Origin: a virus
Virus record (IMG/VR): IMGVR_UViG_3300049215_000481
Location: 78,857 to 142,856 of that record
DNA length: 64,000 nucleotides
Reading direction: 5' to 3' (one strand)
This document shows positions 45,522 through 53,576 of this stretch, piece after piece. The notes below the pieces were generated by a model. That model searched no databases. It saw only the letters and a program-made list of their open reading frames with translations, and had not been told where the DNA came from. A program made the position numbers and the translations under genes. Position 1 is the stretch's first letter. Each line of letters opens with the position of its first letter.

Positions 45522-46748
45522 CTACTCGTAGATCCGGACGGCGACGCCGACCGGGAAGCACGGCTTCTTGTCTTCGGTCCACTCGAAGAACTTGACCGTG
45601 AGCAGCTTGCCGATCAGCTTGTCGCCGAGTCGCAGGAACTCCGCGCGGTCCTCGAAGTTCCCGGGGGCGCAGCAGTCGAACTCCTTACCTTCGTCCGTCT
45701 TGCACGTGAAGACTTCGTCCGTCTTGCACGTGAAGACGGCCAAGCCCTCGAACTTCCCGCGGCCCTCGCCTACGGCGACGATGGGAAACTCGCGCTCGAT
45801 GAAGGACTTCACCTTCATCAGGCCCGACGACCGCTTCCCTGCCTCGTACTCTCCGTACGGGTCGCGCAGAATGCCGCCCTCGTAGCCCTCGCCGACCCAC
45901 TTCTTCTCGATCGCCCGAGCTTCGCTCTCGCTTGCGACCGAGATCGTCTCGACCCGATGGATGTGGTCGTGCGTCAGGCCGATGATGTTCGTGAAGATCT
46001 CGTCCAGCTCTCCGCGTCTGACGCGCCATGGACGCTTCAGGTTGGCGAAGTCACTGTTGACGGGCAGGTCGTAGACGAAGTGCCCGAGCTGCTCGAAGTC
46101 CGGCTTGGTCTTCTCCTTCCGGACGTAGCCGGAGATCTTCTGCAGCGACCAGCCGTGGCGATAGATCTCGCCGTCGAGCGTGAATCTGCCGGGGACGTCG
46201 CGGAACGCGGCCTCGTACGCTGCCTGGATGTGAGGCACGCCGAGGATGCGCTTTCGCTTCCGGCTCCAGAGGCTGACCTTGCCGTCGACCACCTCGACGA
46301 TGCAGCGCACGCCGTTGAACTTGCGCTGGTAGTCGTAGGGCCAGGTGCGCTTCTTCTCGGGGACGTCCTCCAGCGATTTGGCGAGCATCGGGAAGATGCC
46401 GCCCTCGGCATCATCCTCGCCGGCTTCAGCGCGCTCGCGCTCGACGACGTAGCCGTTGCGCTCCTTCTTCTTGCGCCACAGAGCCTCAGCTTCGAGGCAG
46501 GCCTGCTGGTAGGCGTCCGTTTCGTTCTTCTTGCCCAGGTTCTTTCCTTGGCGGACTACATCCTCGCCCGTCTGAAGCTTCCCGTCGACCTGGCCATGTT
46601 CGGTGTGGATGATCCCAGCCAGTTGGGGGTCGCCCGGTTCGTGAAGATCCTTTTGGAAGCACTTCTCGACCCAGATGCGCCACTGCTGGAGCGCCCCAGA
46701 GCTGGACCGCTTGTACAGCGTCGGAAACATCATCATCTCGGGCATCAC
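45522..46748 (-). CDS. lig: ATP-dependent DNA ligase
   Basis: KFNG motif I, LDGEIY, FVYDL, EGGILR, KRS...KVK, OB domain LTVKFFE. Confidence 0.92.
   Translation of the reverse strand: MMPEMMMFPTLYKRSSSGALQQWRIWVEKCFQKDLHEPGDPQLAGIIHTEHGQVDGKLQTGEDVVRQGKNLGKKNETDAYQQACLEAEALWRKKKERNGYVVERERAEAGEDDAEGGIFPMLAKSLEDVPEKKRTWPYDYQRKFNGVRCIVEVVDGKVSLWSRKRKRILGVPHIQAAYEAAFRDVPGRFTLDGEIYRHGWSLQKISGYVRKEKTKPDFEQLGHFVYDLPVNSDFANLKRPWRVRRGELDEIFTNIIGLTHDHIHRVETISVASESEARAIEKKWVGEGYEGGILRDPYGEYEAGKRSSGLMKVKSFIEREFPIVAVGEGRGKFEGLAVFTCKTDEVFTCKTDEGKEFDCCAPGNFEDRAEFLRLGDKLIGKLLTVKFFEWTEDKKPCFPVGVAVRIYE
45689..45736. repeat. perfect 24-nt tandem duplication inside the ligase (VFTCKTDE x2)
   Basis: CTTCGTCCGTCTTGCACGTGAAGA repeated twice. 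Confidence 0.95.
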
Positions 46749-47563
46749 GCGGCCCTCCGCAGCACGGCGCCGTACACGTCGTGCATCATCTCGCGCGCGT
46801 CGGTGTACAGCTCGTCCAGCGAGCCGTCGTTCTTGATGATGCCGTGGAAGAAGTGGCGCGGGATGCCGCCCAGCTCGGCTTCGCTGCGGTGGTTCTTCAT
46901 CCCGCCCGCTTCGACCGCCTTCGCGTTGGCGTTCGGCCGAACGATCAGGACGGGGAAGCCGCCCACCATGGCCACGCTGATCACCTCGTTGCGGAAGCGC
47001 CCGTCGGTGATGATGGCGAAGTCGTAGCCCGGGAACTCGTCGTTCTGGACGAGGCCCTGGTCACGGTCGTAGGTCCAGCCGCCGCTCAGGAGCTTCTGCG
47101 CGGTCCGGATCGCGTGCTGCGACCACATCTCCTTGTTGACGTGGCGACCGAACTCGGTCCCGAGCGTCTGGAGGACGTAGCGAGGTGAGAGCGCCTCGCC
47201 CTTGTCGAGCTTCTCGCGCTGGACGAACTGTTGGTACCAGTAGATCGCGCGCGCCATGACGTCCGGCGTGCAGGCGCCCGGCAGGATCTCGTTCATGTAG
47301 CTGGTGAAGAGGTTGCTCAGGAGGACTTGAGACGCCTGGCGCTCGGGCAGCAGCGTGCCGACGTCCACGGCGTTGCGGAAGTCGCTCGGCCCCCAGAGCT
47401 GCTGGTCGCTGAAGCCGAACAGGCGCTTCACCAGGCTCTTCATCGGGTCCGCCTGGGCAACGCAGACCCCGTTGTAGTTCTCGGCGATGTAGGAGGCGAC
47501 GGTGTCCTTCCCAGACCCGGCTTGCCCGGCCAGGAGAATCAGGGGCGTGGCAACTTGTGACAT
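46745..47563 (-). CDS. deoxynucleoside monophosphate kinase
   Basis: AGQAGSGKDT P-loop, ADPMK, PRYVLQTLGTEFGR, ITDGRFRNE, HRSE. Confidence 0.9.
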   Translation of the reverse strand: MSQVATPLILLAGQAGSGKDTVASYIAENYNGVCVAQADPMKSLVKRLFGFSDQQLWGPSDFRNAVDVGTLLPERQASQVLLSNLFTSYMNEILPGACTPDVMARAIYWYQQFVQREKLDKGEALSPRYVLQTLGTEFGRHVNKEMWSQHAIRTAQKLLSGGWTYDRDQGLVQNDEFPGYDFAIITDGRFRNEVISVAMVGGFPVLIVRPNANAKAVEAGGMKNHRSEAELGGIPRHFFHGIIKNDGSLDELYTDAREMMHDVYGAVLRRAA

Positions 47564-47605
47564 GTAGGCCTAATAGCGAATGTCCTGCCGCAATCTTGTG
47601 GGGGC

Positions 47606-48148
47606 ATGGAGTCCGCCTCACGTCTCTCGCGCTATCGGAAGAGGAAGCGCATTGCACTGCAGTCCCTGAAGACGGGGCCGTGTGTCGACTGCGGACGGAC
47701 CCTTCCGCCTGAATGTATGGATTTCGACCACCTATCCGGCGCCGAGAAGGACACAGACGTGTCCAGATTGGTCAAGTACGCTTCGATGTCGAAGGTCGCT
47801 GACGAAATCGCCAAGTGTGAATTGGTATGCGTCCTGTGCCACCGCAACAGGACGTATCACCGCGCCAAGGCAGTGACCCCCGACAGTCGCTTCGGTCGGT
47901 ACTACGTCAAAAAGCGGACGTTCGTGTGGGCTGTCAAGAACGTGCCCTGCGCTCACTGTGGGATGCGCTACCAACCTTGGCAGATGGACCTAGACCACCG
48001 CGATCCGGCGTCAAAGGTAGCTTGTCGCTCGACAAGGGCGGCAGGTGTCTTGAGCATGAGCCTGGCGCGTCTGCGTGCGGAGCTGCCCAAGCTCGAAGTT
48101 CTGTGCGCAGCTTGTCATCGGACCAAGACCTTCAGAGTGGTGAACTAA
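47606..48148 (+). CDS. HNH endonuclease with two tandem HNH-like units
   Basis: CVDC..DFDH..CELVCVLCH and CAHC..DLDH..VLCAACH. Confidence 0.82.
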   Translation: MESASRLSRYRKRKRIALQSLKTGPCVDCGRTLPPECMDFDHLSGAEKDTDVSRLVKYASMSKVADEIAKCELVCVLCHRNRTYHRAKAVTPDSRFGRYYVKKRTFVWAVKNVPCAHCGMRYQPWQMDLDHRDPASKVACRSTRAAGVLSMSLARLRAELPKLEVLCAACHRTKTFRVVN

Positions 48149-48151
48149 GCA

Positions 48152-49339
48152 ATGGATTGTTTCATTTCGTGGGACGGCGACCACATCGGTCGCCAGGTTG
48201 GTCTCGCCGTACTCGGCGACGACGTAGGCGAGGTGCGCCGCGTCGACCAGGCCATCAACTCTGGCAACGAGCTGTGGCGCTCGTTCTGCCTCCAGGTCGG
48301 CGGCAGCGTCGTCGAGATCGGTGGCGACGAGGGGCGCATCCAGATCGGAGCCGACCACCTCGCAGAGGTTCCCGACATCGCCCGCCGGTACGCGGAGCTG
48401 GTTGGTGCCACCGTCTCCGTCGGCGTCGGCATGAAAATGAGCGAGAGCGCCAAGGCCCTGCTCGTGGCGAAGCTCCGCGGCGGCAACCAGACGGTCCTCT
48501 GGGACCCGGACATGCAGGCCGAGATCGACAAGGCCACCTCCCACCCCAAGACGGAGCAGGAGAAGATCGCCGACGAGTACCTCGGCAAGGCTGACCAGCC
48601 CGGCATCGCCGGCACGACCGACAAGGACCAGCACGCCGGCTTCACCGGCGCCCAGCGGGGCGCGAAGGGGACGCAGGGCGACCACGAAGAGGGCGCCCAG
48701 GCTGAGAAGTCGATCGAGGACGCGCAAGACGCAGCCCCGCCGCCGCCCGAGGGTACGCACGCCGCCGAGGACTTCGAGAAGCAGCTCCACGACATGGCGG
48801 CTGCACAGGGCAAGAAGGACGACGCCGACAACCAGCAGCAGGCTTCGCAGGCCGACCAGGTCAAGCGCCGCGTCGCTGAGGTCCTGCTCGCGGTGCGCCA
48901 GCAGATGCCCGTCCTGCAGCAGCTCCAGACGTCGGCGCCCGACACGTTCGCCGCCATCATGGGGCTCGTCCAAGGCGTCATCGAGCTGGGCCGCTCGGTC
49001 TCGCCGGCCGCCCCCGCACAGCCTCCGGCCGACCGCGAGCCAAGCCATGTTCAGGCCGCCCTCTCGACCGTCCAGAAGGAGGAGATGGACGCCAGCCCGG
49101 CCACGAAGGTGGGCGAGCTGGACAAGGCCAACCTCGGCGCGAACGTCGCCGCTTCGGGCCACCACCTCCACCTCCCGGTCGGCTCCGTGCTCGACGGCAA
49201 GGTGAAGGTCGCGCACGCCGACGGCACGCAGGGCTGGAAAGAGGTCCGGGCCGGCATGGTCCAAGGCAAGGAGCCGGGTGCGCCCCTACTTGGGGCCGTG
49301 TCCCATCCGGTCAGCTCTAGACAGCCCGGCGCGAAGTAG
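48152..49339 (+). CDS. mCpol (minimal CRISPR polymerase / Cas10-palm-like cyclic nucleotide synthase) domain fused to a low-complexity virion-type tail
   Basis: N-terminal ~117 aa: ISWDGDHIGR...GGSVVEIGGDEG...TVSVGVG...ESAKALLVAKLRGGN; LGKA and LDKA motifs downstream. Confidence 0.75.
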   Translation: MDCFISWDGDHIGRQVGLAVLGDDVGEVRRVDQAINSGNELWRSFCLQVGGSVVEIGGDEGRIQIGADHLAEVPDIARRYAELVGATVSVGVGMKMSESAKALLVAKLRGGNQTVLWDPDMQAEIDKATSHPKTEQEKIADEYLGKADQPGIAGTTDKDQHAGFTGAQRGAKGTQGDHEEGAQAEKSIEDAQDAAPPPPEGTHAAEDFEKQLHDMAAAQGKKDDADNQQQASQADQVKRRVAEVLLAVRQQMPVLQQLQTSAPDTFAAIMGLVQGVIELGRSVSPAAPAQPPADREPSHVQAALSTVQKEEMDASPATKVGELDKANLGANVAASGHHLHLPVGSVLDGKVKVAHADGTQGWKEVRAGMVQGKEPGAPLLGAVSHPVSSRQPGAK

Positions 49340-49370
49340 TTGCTCTTCGTAGAGCAACAATCTTTAGAGC

Positions 49371-49817
49371 ATGCCCGCTCCTGTTCCCGTCATCGACGGG
49401 AAGCGCCGATGCTCAAGGTGTACGTTCCCGAAACCGGTCGAGGACTTCAACAGCTACATCCGCAGGGGTGTGACGGTGTATCTGTGGTGCAAACCGTGCC
49501 AACGCTCGTATGTTCGAGGCCGTCCAAAGACCGAGGCCGCACTCGCGCTTCTCGATCAGAAGAAGCGACTTGTCGACGAGCTGAAGCGCAAGCCGTGCGC
49601 AGACTGTGAACGGACCTTTCCTTCCGTGGCGATGGACTTCGATCACATCCGTGGCACCAAGAAGGCGAACATCGCCCAGATGATGAAGCAGTCGTACAGC
49701 CTCGAAGCTATTCTTGACGAAATCGCGAAGTGCGAACTCGTCTGCGCGAACTGCCATCGTGTACGCACCGCCCTCCGGGGGCGTGTTTCGAAGGGTGGTG
49801 CGCCATCCTTTTCGTAA
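49371..49817 (+). CDS. HNH endonuclease
   Basis: CSRC, CKPC, CADC..MDFDH..CELVCANCH. Confidence 0.85.
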   Translation: MPAPVPVIDGKRRCSRCTFPKPVEDFNSYIRRGVTVYLWCKPCQRSYVRGRPKTEAALALLDQKKRLVDELKRKPCADCERTFPSVAMDFDHIRGTKKANIAQMMKQSYSLEAILDEIAKCELVCANCHRVRTALRGRVSKGGAPSFS

Positions 49818-49846
49818 ACATCGACGTCGGTGACCTCGCCGACCTG

Positions 49847-50623
49847 ATGAATGTCGACGAGGCAATCAAGGGCGCAACAGAATGTGCCGCTCGCGACCTC
49901 GCCGAGATGACGAAGCGCAAGGCCGAGGAGCTGGCAGCGACCAAGCTCCACACGCGCCGCGAGATGTTCGTCAAGGGTCTGAAGGTCCAGGCTGTCAACG
50001 AGGACACGTGGATGGTGTCGCTCGACGCCAAGGTCCGGTGGATCGACGACGGCATGACCTCGCACAACATGCTGGACCAGCTCCTGGCGAGCCCGAAGGC
50101 GAAGCGTGCAGCAGACGGCTCGAAGTACGTCGTCATCCCGTTCGACCACAGCCCCGGCAAGGGCAGCACCGGCGCGACGCCGGCTCAGCAGGACCTCATC
50201 ACGACCATCAAGTCGGAGATGAAGAAGCGCGGCATCCCGTTCGGCAAGATCGAGACGGACGCCGCGGGTCAGGCGAAGCTAGGACGACTCCACTCCTTCG
50301 ACATCGAGACGGCCCCGATCAAAAGCTCGCACGGGCCCGGCCAAGGCAAGGGGCCGCTCGGAGCGGTCAAGCAGGGGCCGACCGGCATCCCGCTACTGCA
50401 GGGCGTGACCGTCTACCAGAGCAAGGACAGCAAGGGGAAGGTCAAGCGGCACGTCATGACGTTCCGAGTGGCGTCCTCGAAGCACGCTGGCCAGGGCCGC
50501 TGGGAGCACCCGGGCAACCAGGCCGTCAACATCATGGAAGACGCCGCTCAGTGGGCGCGCGAGACGTGGGAGAAGGAAGTGGCTCCCGCTCTCGTCGACA
50601 AGATGATGATGGAGATCGGCTAG
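49847..50623 (+). CDS. putative neck / tail-completion protein
   Basis: neck-module position; YVVIPF, VMTFRVASS; the native start appears displaced by the HNH insertion. Confidence 0.6.
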   Translation: MNVDEAIKGATECAARDLAEMTKRKAEELAATKLHTRREMFVKGLKVQAVNEDTWMVSLDAKVRWIDDGMTSHNMLDQLLASPKAKRAADGSKYVVIPFDHSPGKGSTGATPAQQDLITTIKSEMKKRGIPFGKIETDAAGQAKLGRLHSFDIETAPIKSSHGPGQGKGPLGAVKQGPTGIPLLQGVTVYQSKDSKGKVKRHVMTFRVASSKHAGQGRWEHPGNQAVNIMEDAAQWARETWEKEVAPALVDKMMMEIG

Positions 50624-50919
50624 TCCTCTTCGCGGAGGGCTTCGACCGTCGACAGCAGAACGTCCACGAAGTCCGCGACGCTGATCTTGTCCGCGGGGTG
50701 CGCGCGGTTGAAGCGCTTCGCCGACGTCACCAGCGCCTCGACGACCTCGCCCACGGTGTTGCGAATCCAGTCGATCCGGTAGTGCTCGACCTCGACGCCG
50801 GCTGAGATCTGCGCGCCGAGGTGCTTGCGAAGAGCGATCCCCGTCTTCAGGCGCTGGTCCTCGAACTTGATGGTCCGAAGGATCGTGCTGACGGCGAACT
50901 CGATTACCGCGTCGGGCAT
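50620..50919 (-). CDS. hypothetical protein
   Basis: MPDAVIEF...; convergent with the neck gene; start uncertain. Confidence 0.5.
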   Translation of the reverse strand: MPDAVIEFAVSTILRTIKFEDQRLKTGIALRKHLGAQISAGVEVEHYRIDWIRNTVGEVVEALVTSAKRFNRAHPADKISVADFVDVLLSTVEALREED

Positions 50920-50964
50920 GCCCCAAAGAGATTGCGACGGCCCGCAATCTTCACCGATGCGGAA

Positions 50965-51939
50965 ATGAGCGAAGTCCTCGGCATTGTCCAATCAGACACC
51001 CTCATCCGGCTCGCCCTCATCGAGGGCATGGCGCGGATGCGCGAGAACCCCGCGTTGGTGGACCACGTCTTCGCAGGCATGCGAGGCGACCCGCTCCTCA
51101 ACCCGCTCAAGGTCGCTGACGAGATCGAGAACGCGAAGCAGTGGTTCCTGAAGACGGAGGTCCCGGTCTTCATGAGCTACCGGGTCGACGAGGTGACCTT
51201 CCCCGCGGTCACCATCTCACTGCAGGAGTCGAGTGAGGTCGAGGTGACCCACGGCGACGTCCACTACGTGCCCGTCGAGCAGGTCGCGAGTGACTGGCCC
51301 GTTCTCTGCGGACCCTTCAATCCGATCAAGTGGCTCCCTTCCTCGGGGATGATGGTCCTGCCGGCGAGCGCCATCCAGAACATCACGCTCGGCGCCGGCA
51401 TGGTGCTCTTCGACAGCGCCGGCCGCCAGTACCCGATCTTGGAGGTCCTGGACGACGACACGATCGCGTTGCAGCCAGGCCTGTCGGTCGACTTCAACAA
51501 CTCGACCATCAGGACCGCCCAGCCCAGGAAGATCCAGCACGTCGAGAGCGCGAGCTACCGCGAGACGTACCAGGTCGGTTGCCACGTCGACGGAGAGCCC
51601 TGGCGACTCACGTACCTGCACTCGATCGTCAAGTACATCCTGCTCAAGTACAAGCAAGACCTCCTCGAAGCGCGCGGCTTCGAGCGCAGCACCCTCGCGT
51701 CGACCGACTTCTCGCGCAATTCGCAGTTCGACGCAGAGATCGTGTTCAGCCGCTGGATCAACGTCACCGGCTACGTTCGCCAGTCCTGGGACAAGGGCGC
51801 CTACGACGCCATCTCATCCGTCGACACGAAGACGATCGTGGAGGTCGAGACGTCCGACGAGGACGAGTCGGACGACGAGGACCTCGTCGAGTTCCTCTCC
51901 GACGACACCAACCCGACCTGGGTCGCGGACGACGAATAA
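50965..51939 (+). CDS. putative tail terminator / sheath stabiliser
   Basis: PAVTISLQESSE, YQVGCH, LHSIVKYILL, F.R.INVTG; upstream of the sheath gene; motif B. Confidence 0.55.
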   Translation: MSEVLGIVQSDTLIRLALIEGMARMRENPALVDHVFAGMRGDPLLNPLKVADEIENAKQWFLKTEVPVFMSYRVDEVTFPAVTISLQESSEVEVTHGDVHYVPVEQVASDWPVLCGPFNPIKWLPSSGMMVLPASAIQNITLGAGMVLFDSAGRQYPILEVLDDDTIALQPGLSVDFNNSTIRTAQPRKIQHVESASYRETYQVGCHVDGEPWRLTYLHSIVKYILLKYKQDLLEARGFERSTLASTDFSRNSQFDAEIVFSRWINVTGYVRQSWDKGAYDAISSVDTKTIVEVETSDEDESDDEDLVEFLSDDTNPTWVADDE

Positions 51940-51960
51940 GCCGCCCGCAATCTTCTCGGC

Positions 51961-53445
51961 ATGTCCGGCACGCCCGAAGGTGCAGACACGCACCTGTACA
52001 AGGCCCCTCCTCCCGAGGTCGCTGACCACCCTCTGTTCCACGGTGGCCAGACCGTCGGGATGATGACGGCCGAGGCGCCGCGCTTCTCGTCTGAACAGGG
52101 CGGCAACGAAGCCCTCGAATCGCACTTCAAGCAGATGGGCCTCAAGTACGAGCCCACGCACGGGTCGTACGGCGGGCCCGAGCACTCGTACCTCGTCTAC
52201 AACCCGACGCGCGAGCAGATGTACAAGCTCGGCCAGAAGTTCGGGCAAGAGGCCGTCATCTACTCGCAGGACGGCCGCCACGAGCTGCTGTACACGCGCG
52301 GCGACAACGCCGGCAAGTACCACCCGAGCCTGCCCCTGCTCCGCTACAGCAAGGAGCAGCCGGACGACTACTACACGCACATCCCGCAGCGCGGGTACGT
52401 GACGCTCCACTTCGACTTCGACCACCCGCAGGACTCGCCGGTCAAGAACAACATCCCGCTGGCGCAGCAGACGCCGACCGGCGACAAGCCGCTCAACAAG
52501 CGTGAGATCCGCGAGCACCTGCTCATCGCGCTCCGCAAGAGCATGGGCGGCTCGAAGCACCCGCACTCGTACCCGTGGCACGAGGGACACACGGGTCACC
52601 ACCAGCACTCGGTGGGTGGCGGTGTCCTCCTCGACAGCAGCAAGTACCAGGGGCTGTTCCGGTTGGCCAAGAAGGACGAGTCCGCTCTCACTCCCACGGT
52701 CCCGCACAACAACCCCCAGGCCGCCGGTGCCGGCGTCGCCACGTACGCGAAGTACGCAGCGCCCCACGGGACCATCGACAAGGCGAAGCCCTCGAACCTG
52801 AAGTTCTACCCGATGGCGGGCACCAAACCTGTCGTCGACAAGCTCGTCAAGGACAACGGCTTCCAGGTCTACTACGCGGGCGGCAAGCACGGGAAGGCCG
52901 ACCTCGCCGGCAAGAACTACAACACCGGCCACCTGATGATCTGGGACCCGAGCGCGGGTTCCGGCGGTGACTTCAGCGAGGCCGACTACACCGACAACTG
53001 GCGCAAGACGCACGAGCTGGCGCACGCACTCACGTACCCGCAGCTCAACCAGATCTACGGAGAGGGCCGCCGCATGGGCGGACTCGGCAAGCAGCGCACC
53101 GCCCGAGAGGCGAAGCGCGCCGTGCACTGGGAGTGGCTCGCAGCCCACAAGCAGCGCGAACTCGCCGCGCAGGCCGGCGTGCACATCTCGGACGAGGACT
53201 TCCACCGCAAGCTGAACACCGTCATGCACGACGCGGTTCACCGCGCGGTGACCGGCAAGTTCACGGAGCCCTCGGACGAGGGGTTCGTCCCGCACCCGCA
53301 CAAGGTGCCACTGGAGACCGCACTCGGACTCGTGGATGAGGCCGCACGTGGGATGGGCCTGCACTCAGACCACGACGTCATCCGGAAGTTCTCGCGCGAC
53401 CTCCTCTTCGCTCTGAAGGACGTCCTCCAGAAGAACGCTCGCTGA
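51961..53445 (+). CDS. multidomain protein: DUF3293-like domain + HExxH zinc metallopeptidase-like domain
   Basis: MTAEAP..GNEAL...GSYGGPEHSYLV..LGQKFGQEAVIY; THELAH with downstream HWEW; LYKA, LRKS, LAKK linkers. Confidence 0.65.
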   Translation: MSGTPEGADTHLYKAPPPEVADHPLFHGGQTVGMMTAEAPRFSSEQGGNEALESHFKQMGLKYEPTHGSYGGPEHSYLVYNPTREQMYKLGQKFGQEAVIYSQDGRHELLYTRGDNAGKYHPSLPLLRYSKEQPDDYYTHIPQRGYVTLHFDFDHPQDSPVKNNIPLAQQTPTGDKPLNKREIREHLLIALRKSMGGSKHPHSYPWHEGHTGHHQHSVGGGVLLDSSKYQGLFRLAKKDESALTPTVPHNNPQAAGAGVATYAKYAAPHGTIDKAKPSNLKFYPMAGTKPVVDKLVKDNGFQVYYAGGKHGKADLAGKNYNTGHLMIWDPSAGSGGDFSEADYTDNWRKTHELAHALTYPQLNQIYGEGRRMGGLGKQRTAREAKRAVHWEWLAAHKQRELAAQAGVHISDEDFHRKLNTVMHDAVHRAVTGKFTEPSDEGFVPHPHKVPLETALGLVDEAARGMGLHSDHDVIRKFSRDLLFALKDVLQKNAR

Positions 53446-53576
53446 TTTTGGCGCGCCGTAGTTGGGGCGCGTTCACGGCAACGCCAGGCACGAAGCCGCG
53501 TTCCGACTGCGCGTCACAGCGTTTTGGCGCGTTCCCAACCTGAATCTTTCAACCACCTGAACGGAGCTTACATCCA

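Noticed and set aside
49352-49814. Group I intron around the HNH at 49371
   Set aside because: The interval is almost entirely HNH coding sequence, leaving no room for P3-P9 core elements, and the junctions do not fit the U/omega-G rule.
47606-49817. Complete Panoptes, CBASS or type III defence operon around mCpol
   Set aside because: Neighbours are HNH and neck genes; no 2TM, CARF, SAVED or Cas genes are visible in the window.
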